This document shows, one piece after another, positions 31,493-39,120 of a stretch of 42,666 nucleotides of DNA (positions are counted from its first letter, which is position 1; every line of letters begins with the position of its first letter). Source of the stretch: Phycisphaerae bacterium (GTDB lineage Bacteria > Planctomycetota > Phycisphaerae > JAJVII01); contig JAQTVL010000001.1 of assembly GCA_028706835.1 (NCBI GenBank), positions 1-42,666 of the forward strand, in the 5' to 3' direction. A program made the translations under genes and the position numbers. The notes under the pieces are model-generated. The model worked only from the letters and a program-made list of their open reading frames with translations, was not told the DNA's origin and searched no databases.

Positions 31493-31527
31493 CCTTGGAG
31501 TGCGGCGAGGCAATCGCCGCTTTCTTT
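31493..31527 (+). terminator. hairpin GCGGCGA-GGCAA-TCGCCGC + TTTCTTT (plus-sense terminator-like); copy 1 of a duplicated element
   Basis: Read directly. On the minus strand the same hairpin sits just upstream of the SD AAGGAAA of the 874-aa gene. Confidence 0.35.
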
Positions 31528-31536
31528 GGCCCGTCT

Positions 31537-31920
31537 TTACAGCGGCGAGCTGAGCAGCCCGCGGAAGGTCAGGATCATGGACGCGGTCGTCGACGAGTTC
31601 GTGACGTAGATGCTCTCGATGTCCGTCTCGCCCAGGGGGTTATCCTGTCCCGACCCGTCGCTCCACAGCAGGGGCAGGCTCGGGTCGAGCGCGATCGGCT
31701 CGGCCGAGTTCGAGTTCAGCTTCAGCTCGCCGGCGACGTCGGCGCCGAAGTACAGCGCCTTGAGCTGCGAGACGTCGAGCTCCAGCAGGTGCTGCTCGTC
31801 GACGGTCGACGCCTCGACGACCAGGTCGAGCTCGACGGCCTCCTCCTCGGTGACCGTCTCGGTCTTGGAGAATTGGACTCCGTTGAACCGCACCCCGCGG
31901 ACGATTTCCATGGTTGGCAT
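31537..31920 (-). CDS. hypothetical structural protein
   Basis: 127-aa acidic ORF between the gp10-like and fibre/terminator genes. Confidence 0.5.
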   Translation of the reverse strand: MPTMEIVRGVRFNGVQFSKTETVTEEEAVELDLVVEASTVDEQHLLELDVSQLKALYFGADVAGELKLNSNSAEPIALDPSLPLLWSDGSGQDNPLGETDIESIYVTNSSTTASMILTFRGLLSSPL

Positions 31921-31923
31921 GAG

Positions 31924-31998
31924 CAGTGTCCTGTGGTCAGTGGCCAGTGTTCAGTGTTCAGTTTCCTTCTGGCCACTGGCCACCGGCCACTGGCCACT
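31924..31998. repeat. heptamer-built imperfect hairpin (same family as 27697-27770)
   Basis: CAGTGTC CTGTGGT CAGTGGC CAGTGTT CAGTGTT CAG - TTTCCTT - CTGGCCA CTGGCCA CCGGCCA CTGGCCA CT. Confidence 0.75.
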
Positions 31999-32002
31999 CT
32001 CC

Positions 32003-32593
32003 TCACGCGTCCCCCCAGACCTTCCTCAGCGCGGCGCGGATCTCGCTGGCCACCAGGTCCTCGGCCAGGCCCTTGTTGGCCTGGTAGGCCGGCGCCAAGA
32101 ACGGCTTGGCCGGCGCCGCGGCGGCCTTGCGCCCGATGACGTCCCCGCTCTGGTCCAGGAGGATTTTTTTCTTCTTGATCTCGACGGCCTTGCGGCCTTT
32201 CTCGATCAGGTGGGCGATACGCGTCGGCTTGCGGATCTCGTCGGGGCGCACGCCCGCGGCGAGTTGTTTCTTGGTCATCCGCCGGATCCGCCCCACGCCT
32301 CCCTTCTTCCCGCCGCGCGGCGCCAGTTGGCGTACGGCCGCGTCGAATCCCCGCCGCGGCCCGATGACCACGCCCATCCGCGTGTGCTTGGTAAAGACCC
32401 GGTAACCGATCGACTTTCGCAGGGTCCCCGTCTCGACGGCCACGTGGCTCTTGGCGGCCTGCGAGATGACGCTCCCGATCTTGCGCATGGCCGATCGCAG
32501 CGCGGCCTTGAGCGTCGACCCCCGCACTTGCTCGAGGGCCTGGAGGGTGATCCTCTGGCCCGACAACTCGGCTTTGATGGCGATGGTGGGCAT
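32003..32593 (-). CDS. HK97 gp10-family tail-completion/neck protein
   Basis: ...VAVETGTLRKSIGYRV... matches the gp10-family 'DTG-LR-SI' motif. Lies in the connector region. Confidence 0.55.
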   Translation of the reverse strand: MPTIAIKAELSGQRITLQALEQVRGSTLKAALRSAMRKIGSVISQAAKSHVAVETGTLRKSIGYRVFTKHTRMGVVIGPRRGFDAAVRQLAPRGGKKGGVGRIRRMTKKQLAAGVRPDEIRKPTRIAHLIEKGRKAVEIKKKKILLDQSGDVIGRKAAAAPAKPFLAPAYQANKGLAEDLVASEIRAALRKVWGDA

Positions 32594-32601
32594 GGGCGGA
32601 T

Positions 32602-32664
32602 TGGTCTTTGGTCTTGGGTCTTTGGTCTTGGGTCTTTGGTCCTAAGGCCCAAGACCCAAGACCA
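32602..32664. repeat. heptamer-built hairpin, second flavour (GGTCTTK)n / (CCCAAGA)n
   Basis: TGGTCTT TGGTCTT GGGTCTT TGGTCTT GGGTCTT TGGTCC-TAA-GGCCCAAGACCCAAGACCA. Confidence 0.75.
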
Positions 32665-32670
32665 CTCTCT

Positions 32671-33024
32671 TCAATGCTTGACATGCACCCGAAACATCTT
32701 CCCGCCGGCGATCTCCTCGTAGACGAATCCATCTTTCTCGGTCGGGCGGACGGTATAGGTCTTCTCCGTTCCCTCCTCGGTCAGGGTGATCGTGTCGCCG
32801 GCGGCGGGCGCCGCGTGGAGGCCGCCGAGCAGGAGCTCGTCGGCCACGATCAGCTCGTCGTGGTACTGGCCCTGGGGGTCGCCCAGGTCCGTCAGGCCGG
32901 CGATCTGCGTCCGGTCGCGCACGGCGACCAGATCGCAGGTCAGCTCGCCGCGCGCGTACGTCGCATCCCGCCCGGCCGCGGCCTGCATTTGCGCGGCGAA
33001 CCAATCCAAGCCCTCGCGGTACAC
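32671..33024 (-). CDS. putative head-tail connector protein
   Basis: 117 aa from GTG 33024, 6 nt after AGGAGG. Assigned by position between the decoration and gp10-like genes. The longer ORF to 33069 would run through the hairpin element. Confidence 0.45.
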   Translation of the reverse strand: MYREGLDWFAAQMQAAAGRDATYARGELTCDLVAVRDRTQIAGLTDLGDPQGQYHDELIVADELLLGGLHAAPAAGDTITLTEEGTEKTYTVRPTEKDGFVYEEIAGGKMFRVHVKH

Positions 33025-33035
33025 GGCAGCCTCCT

Positions 33036-33084
33036 GCGTGGTTCGTGGCTCCTTCGCGCCACGCGCCACGAGCCACGCGCCACG
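33036..33084. repeat. hairpin, third flavour (CGTGGTTCGTGGC ... GCCACGAGCCACG plus extra CCACG units)
   Basis: Arms 33037-33049 and 33065-33077 pair with one T:G position. Confidence 0.7.
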
Positions 33085-33091
33085 ATCTTCC

Positions 33092-34000
33092 TCACGCGTT
33101 TGTCGGGATCGACCTCAGAATCAGGCTGAAGGCCGGCATGTTCGAGTTGGCCCCCTGGGTCACCGTGGCGGTGACCGCCTCGCCGGCGGTGAGGATCGAA
33201 TAGGTCCCGCTGAGCGCCCCGAGGTCCTCGTAGTCGCTGGTGGGCGGCTGAGTCTCGGTGTTGTACGTCTTGGTGACGATCGTGTTCCCGGCCAGGTCCT
33301 TGATGGTCACCACGCAGGTGTTGTCGTCGTCGATCCCGGCCGGCGCCCCTTCGGTGAGGATTCCCACCGAGGTCAGGGTGCAGGCCCGCGGGTGGACGAA
33401 GATCGGCCGGGCGGCGATATCCACCCCGGCCCCCAGGTCCTCGACGTGAGCGATGACGATCTGCTCCTGGTGAGCCGCGTTAAGGGTCGCGGCGCCGTTG
33501 GCGGCCAGGGTCACGTCCCCGCTCACCGCCACCTCCTCGTACTTCGAGCCGTCGGCCACGAGGATCCGGCCGGCCGTGTGGGCCACGGTGCCCACGTCCG
33601 ACAGGTCGTCGGTGCCCATGGTGTCCGCGTCGTTGGCCGAGCGGAGAAGGATCTCGACGGTCCCGACGGTGGTCCCGGCGGTCTCGAGCGTCCAGCCGGC
33701 AAAGGTGTTGCCGCTAGCGGTGCTCGTCAGGGCCCCGCTCAGGGCGGTCCCGCCCACCGGGCTGCCGTCGGCATCCCAATAGACGGCGGCGCCGACCGAG
33801 CTCAAATTGCTGGAATCCTTGGGGAACTTCATGCGCCCATTGATTGCCAGCGAGCCCTTGACGTTGGCCGCGATGTCGAGCTTGGCCACGCCGACGAGCT
33901 TCCCTTGCACGACGACGTCGCCGGCGGTGACCGCCGAGCCCGGGGTGTGGGGGATCACCTCGGCGCCGGTGGCGACGAATTCGACAGGAGTCTGTGCCAT
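33092..34000 (-). CDS. DUF2190-type head decoration/cement protein with C-terminal extension
   Basis: N-terminus ...AVTAGDVVVQGKLVGVAKLDIAANVKGSLAINGRMKFPK...VGAAVYWD matches the DUF2190 pattern. Immediately follows the capsid gene. Confidence 0.6.
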   Translation of the reverse strand: MAQTPVEFVATGAEVIPHTPGSAVTAGDVVVQGKLVGVAKLDIAANVKGSLAINGRMKFPKDSSNLSSVGAAVYWDADGSPVGGTALSGALTSTASGNTFAGWTLETAGTTVGTVEILLRSANDADTMGTDDLSDVGTVAHTAGRILVADGSKYEEVAVSGDVTLAANGAATLNAAHQEQIVIAHVEDLGAGVDIAARPIFVHPRACTLTSVGILTEGAPAGIDDDNTCVVTIKDLAGNTIVTKTYNTETQPPTSDYEDLGALSGTYSILTAGEAVTATVTQGANSNMPAFSLILRSIPTNA

Positions 34001-34047
34001 AACTTGGTTTCCTCTCTCAAGTAGGTCCCGCCTGCCGGGCGGGATCG

Positions 34048-34068
34048 GGGTTCAGGGTTCAGGGTTCA
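34048..34068. repeat. (GGGTTCA)x3 tandem heptamers, next to a TCCCGCC/GGCGGGA hairpin (34026-34044)
   Basis: Read directly in the capsid-decoration spacer. Confidence 0.7.
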
Positions 34069-34092
34069 CGATCGGCACTCGGTACCCGATAG

Positions 34093-36162
34093 CTACGCCG
34101 TCGCTCCGGTGCTCTTGACCGCGCCTCGGCAATCCGCCTGGCAGACGCCGAAGTCGAGGTAGCCCCGCCAGGCGCGTCCCAGGTATTGGCCCGAGAGCTC
34201 CACCTCTTCGACTACCGGCTCGGCGACGCCGTTGAGATAGGCTGCGCCGAAGGCGGCCACGTCGGCCGGATCGCCCCACAGGTACCAGGCGATGTCGGAG
34301 GCCGAGGCGTGGAAGCTCGTATTGCCCAGGTAGGGCGAGGCCTGCGGCTCGTAGCGCCCGGCGTAGCGGTTCCGGTTGGGCACCTTCTCCGCGGTCGCCG
34401 CGCCGCCCGTATTGAGGTTGGTCGACTGGTAGAGCTCGTCGGCCGTTTCGTGCAGGGCCGGCGGCACGACCAGGTAGCGGCCGCTGACGAGGATCGGGTC
34501 CCCCTGGTCGTCGGTCTGCTCCTCGAGGGCCTTGGCGGCCAGGCCCAGGCCCACGCTCCCGAGGACCTTGGTGATCAGGTTCGAGTTGTTGCTGTGGAAG
34601 AAGTTGCCCGTGTTGGCATGGACCAGGGTCCAGAAGAGCCGCTCCTTCATCAGCACCGCCCCTCGGCCGATCATCCGCGGGATCTCGGCAAAGGCGCCCA
34701 GGTCGTCGTTGACCTCCATCTGCCGCGTGAGGCCGAAGTAGCGGCCGTAGGTCTTGACGGCATACGTGTAGGTCGCCTCGTCGACAGTGGCGTGTTCCAG
34801 CTCGCCGTCGGGTGCGACCTCGCGCATGGTGAAATCGCCGCTCAGGCGATACCCGGTATGCGTCTTGAAGTCGCTGGCGCTCAGTCGCTTGCAGAGCAGG
34901 TCGACCAGCGCCGGCACGGCCGTATAGGCCTCGAGCATCACCTTGTGCCCGACGTTGGAGAGGATCCCCGGCAGGCTCACCGTCGAGAAGGCGGCCTTCA
35001 CGAGCTCGGCCGACGACGCGTCGAACTGGGGGACCTGGTGGCCGTCGATCGCGCAGCAGATCCGCATCAGTTCCTTGAAGCGGATCCGGCGGAACTTGTG
35101 GGCCTGCTCGAGGACCTGGTCGCCGTAGGCCTTCACCAGGCGGCCCTCGTCCGCCATCACGGCCAGGAGGATCCCCGCCTCCAAGACCTTCTGGTCGGGT
35201 GCCGGGGCCGAGCCGTGGATCGCCGGGCCCTTGGGGCGCTCGGCGCGGAGGACCTCGAGCTCGGCCGCCTCGGCGCTGGCGCCGTCGGCGATGGCCTTGG
35301 CCTCGATCTCCGGGTGCCGGCCGGCGCAGGCCTTGCGGATCCGCGCCACGCGATCGGTCTCGGCCGCCTGGCCCTTGCGGAATTCGGCGAGGGCCTCCGC
35401 GGCGATCGCATGCACGTCCGGCTTGGGGCTGGCCTCCGCGGTCCCGGCGGGCGGCCTCTGGGCCGCGTCGAAGGCCGCCCTGAGGGGCACGAGCTGCTGT
35501 TCGCTCAGGGTCTCGGGGGTGTCATAGCCGTTCGCCTTGAGCCACTCGGAAAACTTGGGATCCATGTTTCGCTCCTTGGTTGATGCGGCCCCCGCGGCCG
35601 CGACGTTGACATTGGTCCGCGCGTCGGCCCCGACGGCCACGAAAGAGACCTCGAAGAGGGTCGCCGCGCGAATGATTTGCACCGGGCCCTGGAACGTCCG
35701 GCCGTTGGCCTTGGCCGACGCGCCCTGTTCGACGTACTCGACCTTCTCCGGCCGGGCGCCGATCGAGGCCTTCCAGGGAAAGCCCCGCCGCGAGGCCACG
35801 AGGACCTCCTGGGCGGCCGGGCCGCCGCCGGAGATCACGCCGGCGAGCTTCACGCGCTGCGCGGAGATCTCCACCTGGGAATGGCCGACGATCTGTCCCA
35901 AGTCGTGGTTGAGCAGGTTCGGAATCTCGTCGGCCGCCGCCTTCAGGCCGGCCAGGTCGACGACGATCGGAGACATATAGGCCGAGACGCGCATCGGCCC
36001 GCCCGTGTAGGCCACCATCGAGAACCGCTTGGGCGCGTCCGGATCGCCTTCGGCCGCCTGGATCCAGTCGACCGGCTCGGGCGCCAGCTCGATCGCCGCC
36101 GGCGGCGCCGAACAGGTCAGTAGGGTGGGCCGATCGCAGCGAGTCCCATTTTTGCTTCTCAT
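34093..36162 (-). CDS. fused prohead protease (S78/HK97-type) - scaffold-like linker - major capsid protein
   Basis: N-terminus ...LLNHDLGQIVGH...LFEVSFVAVGADARTNV (protease). A coiled Ala/Glu-rich middle section. The C-terminal ~330 aa are capsid-like. ATGA overlap with the portal stop. Confidence 0.65.
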   Translation of the reverse strand: MRSKNGTRCDRPTLLTCSAPPAAIELAPEPVDWIQAAEGDPDAPKRFSMVAYTGGPMRVSAYMSPIVVDLAGLKAAADEIPNLLNHDLGQIVGHSQVEISAQRVKLAGVISGGGPAAQEVLVASRRGFPWKASIGARPEKVEYVEQGASAKANGRTFQGPVQIIRAATLFEVSFVAVGADARTNVNVAAAGAASTKERNMDPKFSEWLKANGYDTPETLSEQQLVPLRAAFDAAQRPPAGTAEASPKPDVHAIAAEALAEFRKGQAAETDRVARIRKACAGRHPEIEAKAIADGASAEAAELEVLRAERPKGPAIHGSAPAPDQKVLEAGILLAVMADEGRLVKAYGDQVLEQAHKFRRIRFKELMRICCAIDGHQVPQFDASSAELVKAAFSTVSLPGILSNVGHKVMLEAYTAVPALVDLLCKRLSASDFKTHTGYRLSGDFTMREVAPDGELEHATVDEATYTYAVKTYGRYFGLTRQMEVNDDLGAFAEIPRMIGRGAVLMKERLFWTLVHANTGNFFHSNNSNLITKVLGSVGLGLAAKALEEQTDDQGDPILVSGRYLVVPPALHETADELYQSTNLNTGGAATAEKVPNRNRYAGRYEPQASPYLGNTSFHASASDIAWYLWGDPADVAAFGAAYLNGVAEPVVEEVELSGQYLGRAWRGYLDFGVCQADCRGAVKSTGATA

Positions 36163-37709
36163 TCGGTCGGCTCCTCCTCCGGGGAATCTGCGTCCTCTGC
36201 GGATGACTCTTCTCCACTCGGCCGAGGCTTTTGGTCTTTCCCTGGCGAACCCTGCTCCGCGCCGAGCAGTTTGTCTGCCAGCCGCTTCCTGTACTGGGCC
36301 AGGGTCAGTCCCAACCCCTGCGCCGCCTTGCTCTGCTCGGTCTCGTAGTCCTGGCCCTTGCGTGCGAACATCGTGGGGATGGAGAGCTGGCCCGACTCGA
36401 GTTCCACCCGCGAGGCGTCGGCCGCCTGCAGGGGATTGATGTCTTCGCTGATCTCATCCCAAAAGACCCAAACGGTCCACTGCGCGAAAGGGGGCAGCTC
36501 CGGCAGGTAACCCGCGACCAAGCGCGCCTCCAGGTACCAGCTCGCCACGATCCGGTAGACGATCGGGTCCCACTCGAGCACCCGCTCGACGATTCCGGCC
36601 CGGGCATAGCCCCTTCTATCCAGCTTGCCCGAGGCGAAGTTGTAATCCTTCGAGTCGCCGGCTCCGACCGCGTAGGGCATCATCACGCTCGAAAAGGCCT
36701 CGGCCAGGATCTCCCGCTTGAACTCGCCGTAGGTGGTCGTCGGCTGCTCGCTCTTGATCTGCCCGAGCTGGTAGCCCTCGGGCAGCACGGTGACCATGCG
36801 CTGGGCCAACTCAAAAACATCAAAGGCCTGGTCGCTGTCATCGGTGGCCTGACCCCAGGCGGCCCCCGGCGGCTGATTGGTCTGGATCACGGCCGCGAAG
36901 TCGGCGGCCGTCTCGGCCGCGGCCAGCACGGCCAGCGTGTATCGCCGGAGCTGCGAGAAGAGCGGCAACGCCGGCGTGATCTCCGGCACTCCCCGGTGCT
37001 GACCCGACCGGTCCTGCCGAAAGACGTGGATCACGTCGCGCGCCTCGTAGCTGTCGGCCTTGCCCCAGTTCACGGCGGTTCCCCAGCCGTCACCCGGGTG
37101 TGCGCGGAGGATGTCGTACTCCAGCGGCTCGCCATCCTCGTCGAAGCGGATCCCGTCGACCGCGTTTTTCTGTTGTTCGGTGTAATCCGGGCTCGACAAC
37201 TGGTCGCACTCGATCGTGCGCAGGCCCAGCTTGACGGGCACGGGCAGCTTCGGCCGGTTCACCAGCAGCCCCAGCCCCTCCCCGTTGAAGCATTTTTCTT
37301 TGCGGAGCAATCGGAGGCGCTTGGCCAGGCCCGCGGCGAGCATCCACTGGGAGAGCTCTTTTTCGATCCGTTGGTCCGTCTGCTTGCCGGCCCCGGTGAG
37401 GATCTGCACGCGCGGCCCGGTGCCGACGACGTCGTTGGCCAGGGTCTCGACCATCGAGCGGCAATAGGAGTTGTTGTCGACCTCGTAGCGCGCCCGCGAT
37501 CGCAGCTTGCGCAGGATCTCCGGCCGGTTGGCGGCGTCGGCCGAGTAGTAGTCGGCGGCCGCCCAATGCCGCATGTTCTCGTCGGTCGTCTGCGCCGCGT
37601 CGTAGCGCGCCAAGATCCGCCGCCAGCTCGCCCGCCCCGGCGGCGCCGGCAGGCGCTGCGCCCGCGTGGCGGTGAAGGGTTTTCCGTATTGGTCGAGCAG
37701 TGCGGGCAT
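36159..37709 (-). CDS. portal protein, lambda (gpB) family
   Basis: Starts at ATG 37709 (MPALLDQYGKPF). ...RYDAAQTTDENMRHWAAAD...RSRARYEVDNNSY... is typical of lambda-type portals. The upstream 30 codons of the ORF are the hairpin element. Confidence 0.75.
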   Translation of the reverse strand: MPALLDQYGKPFTATRAQRLPAPPGRASWRRILARYDAAQTTDENMRHWAAADYYSADAANRPEILRKLRSRARYEVDNNSYCRSMVETLANDVVGTGPRVQILTGAGKQTDQRIEKELSQWMLAAGLAKRLRLLRKEKCFNGEGLGLLVNRPKLPVPVKLGLRTIECDQLSSPDYTEQQKNAVDGIRFDEDGEPLEYDILRAHPGDGWGTAVNWGKADSYEARDVIHVFRQDRSGQHRGVPEITPALPLFSQLRRYTLAVLAAAETAADFAAVIQTNQPPGAAWGQATDDSDQAFDVFELAQRMVTVLPEGYQLGQIKSEQPTTTYGEFKREILAEAFSSVMMPYAVGAGDSKDYNFASGKLDRRGYARAGIVERVLEWDPIVYRIVASWYLEARLVAGYLPELPPFAQWTVWVFWDEISEDINPLQAADASRVELESGQLSIPTMFARKGQDYETEQSKAAQGLGLTLAQYRKRLADKLLGAEQGSPGKDQKPRPSGEESSAEDADSPEEEPTE

Positions 37710-37713
37710 GAAG

Positions 37714-37789
37714 CAGTGGTCAGTGGCCGGTGTCCGGTGTTTAGTTGCCGGTGTTCCTTCTGGCCACCGGCCACTGGCCACTGGCCACT
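37714..37789. repeat. heptamer-built imperfect hairpin (family 1)
   Basis: Left arm 37714-37759. Right arm CTGGCCA CCGGCCA CTGGCCA CTGGCCA CT at 37760-37789, followed by TTTTGTTT. Confidence 0.75.
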
Positions 37790-37795
37790 TTTGTT

Positions 37796-37981
37796 TCACA
37801 CGGTTCCCCCGGGGCGGATGCGGCCGATGCGGATCGGCAGGCCGGTGGCGGTGCTCGCCGCGGCCGCCTTCTTCGCAACGTACTGGTCGTACTCGATCTG
37901 CTCCCGCAGCGAATGCTGCTCGACGACGTTTCCGTCGACGGCGACGCGTACGGGCGCGGCGGCATTTTCCTCAAGCGACAT
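37796..37981 (-). CDS. gpW-like head-tail joining protein
   Basis: 61 aa immediately upstream of the portal. VRVAVDGNVVEQHSLREQIEY...IRIGRIRPGG resembles lambda W in size, position and pattern. Confidence 0.5.
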   Translation of the reverse strand: MSLEENAAAPVRVAVDGNVVEQHSLREQIEYDQYVAKKAAAASTATGLPIRIGRIRPGGTV

Positions 37982-37987
37982 GCGGCG

Positions 37988-38057
37988 AGTGTCCAGTGGT
38001 TAGTGGTCAGTGGCCGGTGATCGATTTTCTGGCCAGTGGCCACCGGCCACCGGCACT
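37988..38057. repeat. heptamer-built imperfect hairpin (family 1)
   Basis: AGTGTCC AGTGGTT AGTGGTC AGTGGCC GGTG - ATCGATTTT - CTGGCCA GTGGCCA CCGGCCA CCGGCACT. Confidence 0.75.
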
Positions 38058-38209
38058 GCTCAATAAAGACGGCCGCGCCGGGTCACCTCGGCGGCAACCG
38101 GGCAAGTTCCGGCGCGGCCCGTCCCAGGCTGTCTCGCCTTATACCGCGCGGCCCGGCCGATTCCGGCGAACAATCGCTCCGGCGGAAAAAATCGTTACAC
38201 CGGTAGAGC

Positions 38210-38238
38210 GCCCCGCCCCGGGAGCGGGGCCTTTATTT
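38210..38238 (+). terminator. plus-sense terminator-like hairpin GCCCCGC-CCCGGGA-GCGGGGC + CTTTATTT
   Basis: Read directly. No plus-strand gene lies upstream of it in the window. Confidence 0.35.
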
Positions 38239-38252
38239 CCACAGAAATGCCC

Positions 38253-38283
38253 CCTTGGAGTGCGGCGATTCATCGCCGCTTTC
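38253..38283 (+). terminator. copy 2 of CCTTGGAGTGCGGCGA..TCGCCGCTTTC hairpin element
   Basis: Stem GCGGCGA/TCGCCGC, loop TTCA, tail TTTCGA. The 16-nt left flank is identical to 31493-31508. Confidence 0.35.
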
Positions 38284-38342
38284 GACCCGCCGCGCCTTCG
38301 CCCTGGCGTGAGGAATGGAGCCCGGAGTAGAATAAGCCCTCA

Positions 38343-38365
38343 ACAGGAGGCGGCTTCGGCCGACG
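38343..38365 (+). repeat. 23-bp repeat ACAGGAGGCGGCTTCGGCCGACG (SD + CGGC-UUCG-GCCG hairpin), copy 1
   Basis: Identical to 38525-38547. AGGAGG lies 19 nt before ATG 38370. Confidence 0.8.
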
Positions 38366-38369
38366 TGAA

Positions 38370-38555
38370 ATGCGATTTGACGACGAGGAGACCGACGCCG
38401 TGCGGCGACTGAGAGACTCCGATCTGGGGTTCTCGGCCCAGAACAGGGCCCTCTTTGATCTGGTTCCGGCCGAAACCATCCGGCGAATAGTCAGAGAGGA
38501 AACGCGCCGGCGGGCTCTCCGACGACAGGAGGCGGCTTCGGCCGACGAATCATGA
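38370..38555 (+). CDS. hypothetical 61-aa protein (plus strand)
   Basis: Preceded by the repeat-borne SD. The opposite-strand ORF is Arg/Ser-rich junk. The stop overlaps the next ATG (ATGA). Confidence 0.45.
   Translation: MRFDDEETDAVRRLRDSDLGFSAQNRALFDLVPAETIRRIVREETRRRALRRQEAASADES
38525..38547 (+). repeat. 23-bp repeat, copy 2
   Basis: Same SD-to-ATG spacing (19 nt) before ATG 38552. Confidence 0.8.
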
Positions 38556-38770
38556 ACGGAAGAAACATTCCGAGAGACTGGGCGGTTAGGTTCTTTCGCA
38601 ACGCCAAAAGCGCCAAGGTGTTTCGCGATGGTGGTGGGGTTCGCGTCCACGAGGACTGGAATGCCGACCAGATCGTGGCATGGCTCGAGCAGCACGATGT
38701 CGCGTGCCACGAATCCGGCACGCTGATCGGCGCGGACGACGACGGGGCGCTCTTCATCGAGTTAGAGTGA
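38552..38770 (+). CDS. hypothetical 72-aa protein (plus strand)
   Basis: Ordinary globular composition. Third-position G+C is high in the second half by hand inspection. Confidence 0.5.
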   Translation: MNGRNIPRDWAVRFFRNAKSAKVFRDGGGVRVHEDWNADQIVAWLEQHDVACHESGTLIGADDDGALFIELE

Positions 38771-38869
38771 CCAGCGTCTCCGTCGCAGCCGTGCCTTGCG
38801 AAGGGCCTTACGCGATCGATTCCGCTTCTTCCCCGCCCGCCGCGCGTGCCGCCGGTGATAGTGACCCAT
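38762..38869 (-). CDS. possible 35-aa highly basic peptide
   Basis: MGHYHRRHARRAGKKRNRSRKALRKARLRRRRWSL. Its ATG overlaps the stop of the upstream gene (ATGA). Could be fortuitous in high-GC DNA. Confidence 0.2.
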   Translation of the reverse strand: MGHYHRRHARRAGKKRNRSRKALRKARLRRRRWSL

Positions 38870-39105
38870 CACGGAAATTCTGATTCCGGGACAAAGGCGG
38901 TGAAGAACTCGCGAGTCTCGCTCCCCACCGGCAAGAGCTTGTGGGGATCGTCTTCGGCGCAGAACTCGAGGAGGCGCGGCCGGCCGTCGGCATCGCGATC
39001 GCGGACCTCGAACAGCGCCAGGCGGTAGACCGCGCTCGAGCCATTCCCCCGCTTGACGCGGAGGCGTGGCAACACCGACACCGAGACGTCCCAGGCCGTC
39101 CTCAT
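38869..39105 (-). CDS. hypothetical protein
   Basis: 78-aa ORF downstream of a family-1 hairpin. Confidence 0.45.
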   Translation of the reverse strand: MRTAWDVSVSVLPRLRVKRGNGSSAVYRLALFEVRDRDADGRPRLLEFCAEDDPHKLLPVGSETREFFTAFVPESEFP

Positions 39106-39120
39106 CTGGCATCACCCATG

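Noticed and set aside
32164-32170. A second A7 run (AAG AAA AAA ATC on the minus strand) inside the gp10-like gene, as a possible frameshift site.
   Set aside because: It lacks the conserved chaperone/tape-measure context. The same-strand alternative ORF (31722-32732) is Arg/Pro-rich junk. It is more likely just a Lys-rich coding run (EIKKKKIL).
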